A DNA stretch of 63,775 nt, counting the filler, from Choristocarpus tenellus KU-1152 (lineage: Eukaryota > Protista > Phaeophyceae): the NCBI GenBank assembly GCA_964200185.2. It is 9 parts of 9 records of this genome, joined end to end, with 100 filler letters (N's around TTAATTAATTAA, not from the genome) between each part and the next. Parts side by side here need not be neighbours in the genome. Positions count along the whole stretch, not along the records: positions 38,152 to 44,029 come from CAXNAD020009533.1; positions 44,130 to 47,961 come from CAXNAD020017679.1; positions 48,062 to 58,944 come from CAXNAD020002650.1; 6 more parts are not named here. One strand, given 5' to 3'. Under the pieces are notes generated by a model. The model worked only from the letters and a program-made list of their open reading frames with translations, was not told the DNA's origin and made no database searches. Each line of letters begins with the position of its first letter. Positions within the stretch are counted from its first letter, which is position 1. The position numbers were made by a program, and so were the translations under genes. This document shows positions 43,083 through 56,406 of the stretch, one piece after another.

Positions 43083-44129
43083 AGCAGATGAAGGAAGGGC
43101 GAAGCATGACTCACTATAATTTCATTAACGTGCAAGGATGAGAGACGGTGTCAGGGTTAGGGCACAGGGCTCTGGTTGGGACAGGTGCTAAGATTGGGAT
43201 GGGAAACAGGAACCGGAATGAATAACATTTGATTTCAATACATATCGGAACGCAGATATCAGAGAACACAAACTTCGTCGATAGGTTTCGTTCTGCTCTT
43301 GATGGTAGGACGTGTACATCACCAGTTCGAAACTACATTAGAACTGGTGAACACCACGTCTCTCTGATTTCGATGCAAATGTGTGATTTCGGAAGGATAT
43401 GGTGACCATATGCTTCGCTATGCCTAGTCTTCAAGCGCTAATCCCTCCTTTAGGTAATTACAGAACGCACAGGCCACATTGGAGTATGTCTCGCTGCGAC
43501 GGAGGCCTGGTCTTGCCTTTGGCATGTCCTGGGGTCTACCCCTCCGGTGTCCACAAGTTCATTCCCATTGTTAGTGAGATCCCCTAGTGGCTGGTGGGTC
43601 GTCATCGTACATCTGTTGTGCGATGGGTGTGGTCCCCTTGAAGAACTGCGACAACGCTTCCTCTATATTGTCCAGGCCCGTTGGTTTGTTGTCGACAGAG
43701 TGAGGGAGTGTGGGGTTTGTCGCATATGTGGTTTGGCGAAAGTTTTATTATTATGCACTATAATATAATTCTACAAAATTGCAAATTACATTAAAAAAAA
43801 AAGAAACCAATTCAAAGTTTTGACCCTCTGGCCCTAATGAAGAATTAGCACGTGGAGAGTCACATATACATATGTACATATATATATTTTTATGTCGGTA
43901 TTTGTTCTAGTTCAACGCCATCGTATACAAGCATAGAAATTTCAAGACATGTGTGAAGAGAGAAAAATTCCAGTTATTAATTATTTTTATTATTATGCCC
44001 TCTGACATTTTGCAGATGTGTCAGGGAGGNNNNNNNNNNNNNNNNNNNNNNNNNNNNNNNNNNNNNNNNNNNNTTAATTAATTAANNNNNNNNNNNNNNN
44101 NNNNNNNNNNNNNNNNNNNNNNNNNNNNN

Positions 44130-44255
44130 CCAAAATCAGGAAAAGTGCATTTACAGCATCCATCCGACTTATGCAACCAAATCACCCAAAAATCGTGACA
44201 TGAAAAAATTAACCCCAATTGGACAGTCGCTACCCCCTCCCAGATACTTTGAGTC
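44130..44255 (+). mobile_element. MITE family B, right part (contig start)
   Basis: ...CCAAATCACCCAAAAATCGTGACATG...TGGACAGTCGCTACCCCCTCCCAGATACTTTGAGTC. Confidence 0.8.
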
Positions 44256-45271
44256 ACTGATTTCCAGTCACCAACCTACCCCTCACCCCCATTCAACCCC
44301 ACACCACTTATCACTCCCTCACACCACTCAACACCACTCCACAATCATCCGAAAGCACCCCTTAATCATCCCCTTCATACCATACCTTCGAACTAGAAGG
44401 CATCCCTTTACCCAGCATCCCAATCGTTAGGGTGGGTGGACGGGGGAGCTTGCTTGTACGTTGTTTTGTTCTAGCCCTTCCTCGTCTTGTACCACCAGCC
44501 CTCGGTTTTCTATACGTACTGACCATTCCTTCTTACCTTGTACCTCCACCTACCAATCACTTTTTTAACTTCTTTCCTACCTCTTCTACCTCCTAATCAT
44601 CCAGTACTTAACTCTTCGTTCACCCCTTGCCTACTTTTTATTTTTCCTTCCTCACCTCTCCCCCCCCTATATCACATACTACCATAATTCTCTTGTCCAC
44701 AAAACTCAGATTACTTCATAAACTTTCCTGTTGGTACTATGAGATTCCTCACATTAAATATTCAAGCTGTATAATACTAACTAGGTCATTTATGAATATA
44801 TATTCTTATTATTATGTCCTTTGACATTTTGCAGATATTCCAGAGGAAAACCTAATGAAAACTATTCACATATCTGAAAAATCTCTAAAGAAGTAACCGT
44901 TGTCACAAATGTTAAAAATATTCATCTATTTTCTATTTGTTTTGCTCACGAATTCTGGATTATTATTATTTTTATTATTCCTTGTTTGCCATTCACTCAT
45001 TCCCCTTTCCTTTCCCATTTACCCCTACTTACGACCATCCCAGTGCAACCTCTTCGCCACTGGTTTTCTAGTTACCCCCCACCTCTAATAACTACCCAGG
45101 GTGAACCCCCTTCGTCACTGATGTCCAGTCACCCCCCCATATCTGATGACCAACCAGTGCGACCCCTTCGCCACTGATTTCCAGTCACCCCCCCCACACT
45201 TCAACCCCACACAAGTTACCACTCCCCTCAACCCCACAGCAGTTACCACTCCACTCACCCCATACCACTCA

Positions 45272-45528
45272 GAGTGGAATTATCTTAGAGGGTACGAGTT
45301 TTGCCCTGTTTGATCATTTGGGGCTTGGCTTCTCATGGGTTATTTTATGGCATTTTGGTACTCCAAAATACTTTGGAGTAGGTAAAATGTGTAAGTTATG
45401 AAAATGTGTCCAGAACATGGATATTGACACTTCCTAACAAACACGATACCCAAAATTACATCAAAATCGCAACATTGGATTTTGGCCCACAAATGGATGC
45501 GGCTCTATCCTCTAACATACTTTGGCTC
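45272..45528 (+). mobile_element. MITE family A inserted in a duplicated repeat
   Basis: GAGTGGAATTATCTTAGAGG ... CCTCTAACATACTTTGGCTC, flanked by (C)TCA duplication; empty paralogous site at 44321-44350. Confidence 0.85.
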
Positions 45529-45649
45529 TCAACACCACTCCACAATCATCCAAGAACATCCCTTCATCATCCACTTCATACCGTGCCTTTGAGCTAGAAT
45601 ATATCTACCCTGCTCGAACTTGACCTCCCCTCCCCTTTTGGGGTTGATT

Positions 45650-47400
45650 TCCTTCTAGTTCATCCCTTTACCTCCTGCCCTGGTTATCCCCAATCCTTCC
45701 TACTCTCTGCCAGGCCCTTTGAAACCCGCACTGGGTCCCTCTGGTTGGCCCTGATGTATACCATAAATGCAGTCGAATTCCATCTCCCCCCCTCTGTATT
45801 ACAAGTTCTGATACGCCGATGATTGCCAATCTCGTGGCTCCCCCTACCCTCCCCGAATGCAAAGCATCCTCCTCTGGTCTCCACTTGAGTTTCTTTACTA
45901 TTTTACTCCAGACACACGTTGCTTGCCCCCTTGTAGCCACCCTCCCCCTTTTCCCTGCCTACCTGTCATCAGCGGGGCATCAGGGGGGGTTATGAGAAGC
46001 ATTCCCTAGTAGCTACTACCACCTCAAACCTCCTATACTTTCTTCCCCCCTTTGTTCCCTCCACTTTAAACCATGCCCACACTGCTCCCTTCTCACCCTG
46101 ACCTCCTTTCGACCCTGTAAGCATTACCTCTACTTTATGTGCTTGGGGTCTATCCTCCCACCTCACTCTTTCCACTCCCCTACTCCACCCTACCTCTTTC
46201 TTTACTGCCAATTCTCCGTGTACTCCCTCCCCCCTTTATCGTAAGTCCAATGCTCTAATGCTCTTGCTAGAAAGAAACGAGAAACACAATCCTAGCCTTG
46301 TTAGCTCAACCTCCGTTCCTAGCATTTCTTTGCAATGCTTTCTCCCTACAATCCTTCTCCATATCCGAGGTCTCCTCTTTTTAGGCTCACTGCCTATTTT
46401 TTTGTGTGACTCCTCTCCATCCATTTCCACCCTGGGTGGATCGTGGAGTGTTGTGTGGGGAGTTGGGAGTAATGAAAATTATCTGTGGTGATACTGGATT
46501 GCTGAAATTCTATCCTTACCTGTGGTTACTTTGTTTTCCTTACTTTGCAACAAATCACATGACCGCCGCTAGATCCTTCGTTCTGTCTAGTTCTCGACCC
46601 CCTTGGGTCTAACCACCTACTCAATCCTCTATCTGTACGGAACTCGGGTCATTATTCCCAAGCTATCTCATCACACCTCTGAGTAGGAGAAAAAACTGAT
46701 CCTCTGGCCTACAGCTCTGCACGGCACTCAAGCACATCATTACCCCCCCCTGACCCAGGGACTGTTCCTGCCAGTCAACACAAGGGCAAGCATGTTGGAG
46801 GTTAGGTTGGATCCCGTCCCTCTCCCATCTCGATATACCATCTGTCAAATCATTCCTCTTCCCCACAACATGTTCCGCTGCCAACAACCCTACCCCTGCT
46901 ATCTCCAACGCCTCCATTGTCCTCACCCCTGAAATATGTTCTCTCTGGCCACCCCCGTTGGCTGTCCTACTTGGCTCCACTTTTCTTCCCCTGATAATCT
47001 TGTTCCTTTTCTATGTCTATCCCTTCTGACCCCCCCCTTTTCCCGCTAGTCTACCCAAGCAGCCCCCTTTCTGGCATACTCCCAGTGGGTACGTCAGCCG
47101 CCAAATGAAACCTCAGAGCAGACTCGCGGAACCTATGGCCAACCCTGCTTTCCTTTTTTATAGATTTGGAGTAAAAGCTGTTCTACATCCAACCCAGCTA
47201 GTCTAAGCCGAATTATCCTTGGGGTATTGAATATTGCACCCGCATAAGGTACCTTAAAGTCATTGTTGGGTTCTATCACTTGCAGCTATGCCCCCTCGCA
47301 CTTGGTACCCGAGTTCCTGGCTACCCACACACCCCTTGTATTTCTGACATGAAGCTCCCTCTTTATTAATATATATATATATATATGTATATTTTAGGGT
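45650..47400 (-). mobile_element. Possible highly degraded LINE-like retroelement remnant
   Basis: Purine-rich minus strand with many broken ORFs and faint RT-like words (AWFKVE; ..ADD at ~45970). No intact motif. Confidence 0.25.
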
Positions 47401-47868
47401 GGATAGTTTGGGATGGAATCTGTCATACTGAATGCTTTGACGGGTTTCAGGTGGTTTTGATTAGTTTTAGACGTGTATCCCCTCCCCCTCTGTATGTTCT
47501 TAAACTTCGCCTACCTTGGAAGGCTGTTGGAGATCAACTCCATCCAGTTTCTGTGGCATACCTGTATTCTCAAGTTCACATTACCACCCCTAGTCAGGGG
47601 TTAACCCATTGCTCAAATATTGTTCATGCGCCCTCCTCAGCATTGCCTTGTGTAATCTGGTAGAGGATATGCTGGATGGACTGCGTAAGGGCTAGAACAT
47701 GTAATGGGCATGTATTAGTCTAGATCAGTCTGAGTACCCCCAATTCTTGACTAGCCACACTCCTTTTACCCTTTTATATTTTGCTTGAAAGTGTGAAGTG
47801 GGGACTGTAGAGTTAACACTTTGACGAGGTTTCAGCTGGTTTTGATTAGGAGTTTCATAAGTCTATTC

Positions 47869-47910
<42 letters not shown>

Positions 47911-48061
47911 TTCTCTCCCCCCCCCCCCCCTCTCCCGCCCCGCGCTCCACCCCACACCCCCNNNNNNNNNNNNNNNNNNNNNNNNNNNNNNNNNNNNNNN
48001 NNNNNTTAATTAATTAANNNNNNNNNNNNNNNNNNNNNNNNNNNNNNNNNNNNNNNNNNNN

Positions 48062-48246
48062 CCCCCCCCCTCCCAAGATACTTGGGGTTTGCTATCCTTG
48101 TTCCGGACACACCTTTTCATAATGTACACATTTTACCTACTCCGAAACATTTTGGAGTAGAAAAATGTCACAAAAACCACCATGGGAAGTCAAGCCCTAA
48201 ACGGACAAACAGGGCAAATCTCGTACCCTCTTAGATACTTTCACTC
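48062..48246 (-). mobile_element. MITE family A half (reverse) with a family B/C poly-C terminus abutting or nested at 48062-48087
   Basis: ...AAACGGACAAACAGGGCAAATCTCGTACCCTCTTAGATACTTTCACTC is the reverse complement of the family A left arm. It is preceded by polyC-CCAAGATACTT. Confidence 0.75.
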
Positions 48247-48479
48247 TGCTGTACTGTATGTAGGTCTGGTCTGTAGCCTTGCTAGTCCTCCTGAATTTCA
48301 GGTATCGTAATCACTTGCAATACCTATTTTTTCTTAACTCCACTGTCCACTTTGGTGGCGGTTCTAGTCTTCTTCATGTCATTTCATACCTCGCAACCAC
48401 CTCTAGTCTATCTGGACGAGCATTTAAGTAGTAAGGCTGAATACCATGCAGATCAGTTCTGGCGAAATGTGCAGTCGCT

Positions 48480-48960
48480 CATTCCATCGGCATCCTGAAG
48501 GAGAGACTTCAGAAGGAGAGATCGTAGGAGGAGCGTACTCCCGTGTGCGAGGTAACAGGTGCACCCCGTTTCACACCATAATATTGACGTCAATAAATGA
48601 TTAATTGCTGCTGGGTCACCACTACCTCGCGACTGTTATGAAAACTACAGGCCCGAAGTTTGCAGATTTATGACTGGTTCGTCGCTTGTGTATGTGGTGT
48701 CGGTGGTGTGGATGATTGAGTTGGAGTGAATCGTATCAAACGTCACCGACTATGAATAAGGGTTTTTCACATTTTAAGAAGGCGTTTGCTGCGGTGGAGG
48801 TTTGGTGAACACCTAAAAATTCTATGTGTCATGTAGTTTTTGGGGTGAAGAAAGATGGACGTTGACCGATGACCTGTCTGACATCACTCCAGAGATGAAG
48901 AGATACGACCATTTTGTTCTGATGAATCTCGTTTTCCATCTAAAACTTCATACCCTCACA
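48480..48960 (+). pseudogene. Degenerate Tc1-like transposase N-terminal fragment
   Basis: RRRLLRWRF (~48776) and FCSDESRF (~48912, first-Asp motif of Tc1 DD34E enzymes); multiple stops and frameshifts. Confidence 0.35.
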
Positions 48961-50122
48961 TCGTCGATTGGATGACATACTACGTACGGAGTAATTTCAG
49001 CAAAATTTCGAAATTTCATTCTAACCTGAGGAGTAAGAATAACAAGAATCAACTATAAACGGAATTTACATAGTTTTTATTCAATAGTTTGGAAGTATAT
49101 TAAGTAAAATCATAAAGTACTATAGCGTGATTGGAAATATATTTTATATTCTGAATGGTACGTCGACGCCAGGAGACTCATCAAAAGTTGAGCAGCCTAA
49201 CCAGGTGGAGATAAGAAAAATGGAGAAGTGCGCAAACGTCCTGTGAGAAGGCGGTTTGGAAGTATTTTTTTATAACCCTGACTGACCTCTCATGGAAGGA
49301 AAATAACCAACATCAAACCTGTCTTCTTAGTTACATCAGTATTTGCTATAATATGTGTTCCTTCTCAATTCCTTTCTCACTATTTACGAATAATAATAAT
49401 AATATATATATGCACTGTGTGGTGATATTGTATTTTTTAAATAAATTATGTATTAATAATGTGCAGGTGTACGATTGATATTGATTAGATCATTTCCCGA
49501 TATGTCGGTAAATGTTTTGACTTGTTGTCAATACCCCCCAGTTTGGTGAACACTTTCTAATTGTGATGGTGAGTCTTCCAAAATTCTTGATAGCTGTCTC
49601 TTTGTACACAAGATCAGTCGTTCCTCCGACTATCAGATTTCAACTATTCTAGGACTTGTCAACAGATACGCAGAATATGTTGTTAGTTGAGTATATTGCA
49701 TTGGATACCTCTCAACTCATCAAGAATCAGATGTTTTTCGACTTGGTCGCCCAATCGGACACAATAACATAGACATTGTCATTGTTTTTGAATCTGTAAT
49801 TTGTTGGGTAGTTCCACAACCTATGTACTTCAGTTATTGATACGGTGATTTGTATATGATAGACAAATGTATAACATATACATTATTATGTTGAGTATCA
49901 AGTCAAAAGTATACGATATCACACTTGTGAATAGCTTACCTGCTGGTTTGTGGGAAGCCCCTGAATGATCTCATCATAGTTGTTAATGGAAGTGTATCCA
50001 GAACTGTTGGACCCCACAGCTAAAACAACCACCTATCTAAGTTTAGGAAAGAACGCTAGACTCTCCGTCAAACCTTACCCTATCGGGACAGTGCTCAGGA
50101 AAGAACGATAGTGTCTGATCAT

Positions 50123-53100
50123 ATGGAGAACATTACAGACAACGCTGGGAGTAACAATATAGGTTGTACTGCAACCCAGCTGCTGCATGATATCCCGAAC
50201 CTAGATGGGATACTCTTAGACTACAACCAGACGTCGTGGGACAAGGTTAGAATAACTGAGACTTGCCATTTTGTTTTTACCCCATTTGGGTAACTGACAC
50301 TCATCTCCTTATTGGGAAGGATGTTCAATGAAGTGCATGACCACTTGCGTTTCTCGTATTTTTCCATCAGGACGAAGTCGAGGACTCCAGCCAGCAGCCA
50401 TATTCACTCTCTACTTGTCAACCAGTTCAGCCGTACACAAATAGTGCTGCATTGGACGCCTTCAGCAAGGAACGGCATATCCTAGATAATCTGTTTTCTG
50501 CTGCGTCGTATGCCTTGGATCAGGATTTTGTCACACCCCCAATTGAGGTCGATCATACCCTCGAATGGGTGGAGAACTTTTCGGATGAAGTGCTTTGCAA
50601 CGTCAGCGACGCTGCTATGTTTGATCCGGATCCTACCCCCATCGATCTAGGAAATGCAGAGTTTTTAGGTAACAATCTCGATTCGCTCGAGGCAACGGGT
50701 CGCCTCATGGACTTTAGACAGGAAGAAGTGCGTACATCTGGACGAAGTCAGAGCCGGAAGAGGAAATGCCCCCCAAAGTTTGATGACCACTACAACACAC
50801 TCAACAGATTGAAAGTTGTTCCTGCACCCGTTGCATTGGGGGGTGGTGAAGATGAAAGTACATTGGCGGGGAGTCGATGGACACAGCGACGAAACTCTCC
50901 TACAAGTGCAGCCGTTACTGGTGTCAAGGTAAGGAATGTTCATAAAGTGCATGATTTGAAAACGGCGGTGAGCATTGGAGGTCTACTTGTATACGCCCTG
51001 CACTTAAAAATTCCCTTGAAGGTCGTTAAACCCGACTATTTACCCCATTTAGTGCGATGAAGTCTTGCTTGTCCCATTCAACTCAGCTCCTACCTTAGTG
51101 CACAGTCCGACTTTTTTTGCACCTTCACCTCACCAAACCATAGGCAATGAGGATAGCGCACCCACTTTCTTCTCGACGAGACGACCCCAACGTTGTTGTC
51201 AAGTCTGACAGTGATGATAATGAGAGCAGGGTGAGGAAGGGTTACTTCTTGTCACTTCCTGCAATTGCCCATGACCCATCTTGTGTTACTGGGTTGAGAT
51301 TTTACCTAGTCTAAGATGGTAGAGATGAAATCCTCCTTAGCTGACATGCACATGATGTGTTTTAGCATGTTCTTTGCCTCAACTGTGATACTGTATTGTC
51401 GTTGTTAGTCTGGTATGGTGAGGATTATAGACTGAATACCCTTAAAATTATCCTGATACGCTTTCTCTGTTGGTTCTTTTGTTACGTAGAATCCAATCGA
51501 CGAACATCGAAAGGTAATAGTTTCCAGTTCCAACAAGCATCAAGGACGGAAGGACCAATCAGGCAATCAATTCAACAAGCGCAAGAAGGTGGATGTGGAA
51601 GAACTCAAGCAACAGGTGATGCCTTGTTCCCTCTGTTAGCGATGTGATTTGCGGTAAGCCTCTCACAGCTTTCATGTATTTGCAGTAGGTAATTGGTTTC
51701 AACTCTTGCTGTGAACCCGGATGTTTATAGGGTCCTATTTGCACCAAACTATATGGTGTTCACACCAAATCATGACATTTGTGCTCAATCCTCATACCTA
51801 CGCCAACAACCACAATGGTGCCCATCCAAATTTTGATGTGATTGGCAGGTTGCTGAGCTATTGCTTCAACAGCAGCTGATCAAGAGCGGGGTGTTTGAGC
51901 CTCTCCCGGCCTCAAAGGCTGAGCAGGTTGGTCATTGTAGCGATCGTCTCTATCATGCCCCATGTGGACTGGACCTGTCTCTCTTGATCCACGAAAATGA
52001 AACTAAATATGTGGATAAATATTGTTCTATTTTGTTGCTGTACAGTATATATAACCGATAAATTTTTTGGTACAGGTCGCTCCTTGTCTGTTTGAACTTC
52101 TCTGCCCCCTGTTTTTGATGCTGTCCTTGCATTTCTCCCTGAAAATGCACTTGACACTGGTGTCCTCCTAATCCGCCATGCCAAAAATGTAGTCCTGTTT
52201 TCTGGACCCCTTTTAAGGATTCCTGGTTGTGCTCTTTTTACCCTCGACCACCTCAAACTCTTACTAAATTCGTGCTCTATTCCTTTCTATTCTGATAATA
52301 GATGGTGAAATCTGGAAAGTGTCGGGGATTTATGAAGAGGATGTTTAGGACTATGGAGAGAACCACAGACCCTTGCCTCAGCACGTCATACAAATAATGC
52401 TAAGAATACTTCATTCTGCTCTCTTACCCTCCAATTTATACGTGCATCAAGCAACCTTTGTACCACAGTTGTGACCAAATGATATCGTACAGGTCTGTCC
52501 AGAATACAGTTTCCATTTCCTCCCATCTGGTGTTCCTTCGAATCAATACAAATCTTGACCTCCGCTTCATACCTCCACTGATGTCATTTCCGTTCCACTA
52601 TTGCTATGGGAAAGGTCCGGGTCCGGCGATCTGCAGTGCGGAAGTTTCTTGATCACCAAACGCATGCATGCGCTGACAAGGCGTCATGGGCGAGTTTCCT
52701 GGACGAGGCTGTGACCCTTACCCTCCCAGCTCCCCCTGTTAAAGACGATGCCTTGCCAGTCGATTCGCCATCTGCGGCAGGAGTGGGAGCTGCCAGTCAG
52801 TGGGGATGTGGGGGCAGCACTGTCTTTCTCGAGAGCATTGAGGAAATAATGGCAGACGCAGAGGCTATGCATCGGACTATTGTCACCATTGGGGCACAGG
52901 CATACAGCTTCCGTTCGGAGAGCCACAATCGGGCCCCAAGGGTAGGGTTTGTGTACCATGTTGCACCTGGCGACATTCTCATTGTTGATAACCAGGCCAT
53001 GTGCCATTGGCAACTGACGACAGAGGGGCTCATGGCGGCTGGTCTTCAAAGGGAATGCATAGTGGATGGAATGATGCATTGCCGATTCACTGAGAGCAGT

Positions 53101-54911
53101 AAGGTGAGGCCAGAGCCATGGTAACGAATCAAGTTGTCTTACACTATAATAATAATAAAAAGCCTTCCGGTGATAGACCCGCTGTTCGAAACTAAAAAAA
53201 TAAAACTACTTATTTTTGCTCCACTCCGTGAGGTGTTGTTACGGTATTAAAGGTTTGCATCACATGTGTAATGGGGGAGTTTATGAAGCTCTGATTGATG
53301 GTGTAGGCCCTTTTGAGATGGAAACATTTATTTCAGAGCAGACGTCAACCCCAACGCACTTCCGATATCCACACCTGTAAACTCCAGCGTGTGACCCTGC
53401 TTTTACTGCACTCTCTTTGCTGATGCTCAAAACAGATTGAATCCTTAGAGCTGATATATGATGCATTGGGCTTCACCAATCAGCTCCGGTCTTGCAGCCT
53501 GCAATGCCTCACCTGCTTTCTCCCCGTCCAAGTGCCGTCGGACATTGATAGACACGGACTGGGAAATTCTACCACATCCTCCTCAGCTAACACTACTAAG
53601 TCATCCCCTGTAGCTGCTGCTAATGCAGTCACACATCACCAGCCTCATTTCACAAGGCCAGTGTCCACTGCGATGGGGTTTCTTGGTAGTAAGGGGCCCC
53701 AAGCGATTGCACCGATGATGGGTGCATGTCCTCCTGCTACAGCTGAGCAGGTGGCTGCCTTTTGCAGCATGCAACAGCAACAGTTGAATGAGGTGTTTGC
53801 CACTGCTTGGGCAAGTGCTGCTGCCTGCACCAGCAACTTCCTACATGGAGGCAACAGCGACATGGCACATTTCCCAACCCAGCACCACCAACAGGAAGAG
53901 GATGCTGCCAGTACTTGCACAAGTAACGGCTCTAATCCTCGTCCTAAGTTTAAGGATGCAGTTGACACAGGAGAGAGACACGTTCAGTCTGACAGTTACA
54001 GTAGTGACTCCTCTGATGGGGCACCTGGTACAACAAAACAGTACTTCACTTTCAGTCCAGGAGGTGGAGATGGTACCTTGGTACATCCCCCTGGTTCTGT
54101 GTGTGCTAAGACTCGTGATACTGTTGTGGAGGAAGGACAGTCAGACACATCAACTGATGGTGATACTAGCTTGGTTGCAGATGAGGCTTGTGGTAAGCCT
54201 GGTGGAACCCCTACACCTGAGCCCGGTGATGGCAATAATGCACAGGGTATGGCTATGATGGTTGAGTCAGTAGGTTCGTTTGGTAAAACAGCTCCGTCCC
54301 AGCTCAGGTCTAAGGTTCAAACCTCAAGTAACAGTTGTACAGGACCTGGCGACACCTCCAATATTAAATTTGAGAAGATTCGTTGGGGAGGTACAAAGGC
54401 CTATGAGGGGGCAGAATCTGCGGTAAGGAAGGGAGTAGGGGGCTGCAGTGCCTGGGACATGGGTATGGATGATGGCGGTTCATGTAATTGTGGAAAGAAT
54501 TGCGTGCCACTGTTCTATCAGGATACAGTGGATGTAAAGCAGAACGCTCTGCCTGTGGAGAGGGAACCAGTGGAGAGCTCCAAGCAATGTCGAAGGACTC
54601 CAGCGGTGCCAATGCCACCTCCCAACTTGGAGAAAGACTGTCCGCTGACTGCATCAAGCCCAGTTAGGAAAGGAGAGTGGACGGCAGGTTTGATAAACCC
54701 GCTGGCGGTGATGTTGTACCCAGGAAGTACTCAGCAGGTTGCTCAGTCGTACTTTGCCCAGCAGATGGCAATGTCCCCTATGTTGCATCACTTTTTTGAG
54801 CAAGCTGCAATTGCAACCTTTGGCTCAATGGCCAAGCAGCAACAGCATGAGCAGAATCCAGGAGGGTTGCAAGAGGAAGTTTCGACTTCGAGAGGGAGAG
54901 GAAGCAACTGA
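50123..54911 (+). CDS. Stramenopile bZIP-related protein with NTF2/SnoaL-like domain and long low-complexity C-terminus (about 8 exons)
   Basis: Spliced exons give a basic/coiled segment (NKRKKVDVEELKQQ/VAELLLQQQLIK) and the domain VRKFL...WASFLDEAVTLTLP...IMADAEAMH...AMCHWQLTT...CIVDGMMHCRFTESSK/IESLELIYDALGFTNQL. The last exon is 53436-54911. Family assignment is from memory of diatom/oomycete bZIP-associated domains. Confidence 0.65.
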
Positions 54912-56406
54912 GGGTGGTCGGTAAATTAATTCTAAACTTGAGCATGTGGCATTGGTGGAGGCCTGTGGAGGGCCTGCTGTGAGTCCACTTGTTGGGTCCA
55001 TTGCCTGTTCTCTTGATGTGGTGTGGTGTGTTTTGGGTATCAAAGTGGGATTCATTTCTTTTTGGGGTTTTTTTATTTTCTGATTAGTGCTTTTGTTGTG
55101 CCAATGTGGCCAGGGAAGAGGTGTGCCTAGTGATAGGACCTATACCAGCGTGCCTTTTCGTAGAATGTATCAATTTAATAGTTTATTTTTGTAGCAGGAT
55201 TTGTCTTTATTTGTAGATTTGTGTCATTTAGTTACATCCCAGATTAGCTCCCGTCCAGTTTATATACATGCTGTATGGGAGGGAGTGGTAATGTGAGCCT
55301 GCATGCTCAAAGTAGGCTTGCTGGAGGTAGTGCAGACCCTGGTAGGGAAGCACTGCAGTAGATGAGAAAGGCAGTCCAAGTCTTCTCTCTTTATGGTGCT
55401 GGCCATGACTTTTAGACAATTGAATATTTTGCAGGTGGCATTACAGTTGTGCTCTGTATATTCCCTTCTGCTCTTCAATTGCTTGTTTTGAGAGTGAAAA
55501 CACTTGGATTCCATTGGAAACTATTTTCGATTCCGCCCAAATTTTATATTTTTCCAGTTTGTGTGAATTTTTGGTCTCAGCTTGTGGTTAGGCATCTAAT
55601 CTGAGGTTTTTGTTTGTACACACCTCATCTGTAGTCAGGTTTTACTGTTTTTAGGACCCGATTTGTTTTTGGATGGGGCAGGTGATCCAGAAAATAGAAA
55701 ATTCAAAACTTTTGTCCGTTCAGTTGACAAAATTACCTTCTTGATATTTTGCTGCATTGTTGACTTACATACTCCGGACTTGTAACGGAAGGATCTACAT
55801 GAAGAGTGACTTCCACTATGCTGGCACGTAAGTCACAGAAAAACAAAATGTTGCATGGAATCCACCTGAGTGAGCCTTGGTTGAATAGAATAGTCTCTGC
55901 CATATTAAACAGAACACATATTGTATCTGCAAGTCACCTTGGTTTATTGGCGAATCAAGAATGATAACCTCAAGTAGAGTTCCAGGTGCAAAAGCGGTCG
56001 TTCTAAAGGACATGGCCTGTTCTTGGTCTAGGTATAAGAGGCACAATATAAGACAAGACATGTTCGAGCTCTCCTCTCATTAAAGAGGTGTTTTACTCAT
56101 GAGCATGAAGAAGGAAATTGTATCCACACATACGCTTTTCCAACTATCAGAACGAAATTCGTACTTCAAAACGTCTATGTTCTTCTTTGCCTTTCTTTCT
56201 CTGTGCACCTATTGTCTAATTTGAATGCTAATGATACTATTGTTCTTGTCACTAGAATTACATATCAATCCAGAGGGTGAGGTGGCAACATTGAACTCCT
56301 TCCCAACGAGAAAGATCGGCAAGCAGTCACACTTTGATAGAATAGAAATAGAGGTAGTTTGAAGTTTGGTTGTGTGTTCAATGAATAGTGTGAGCATGAA
56401 CTCATA

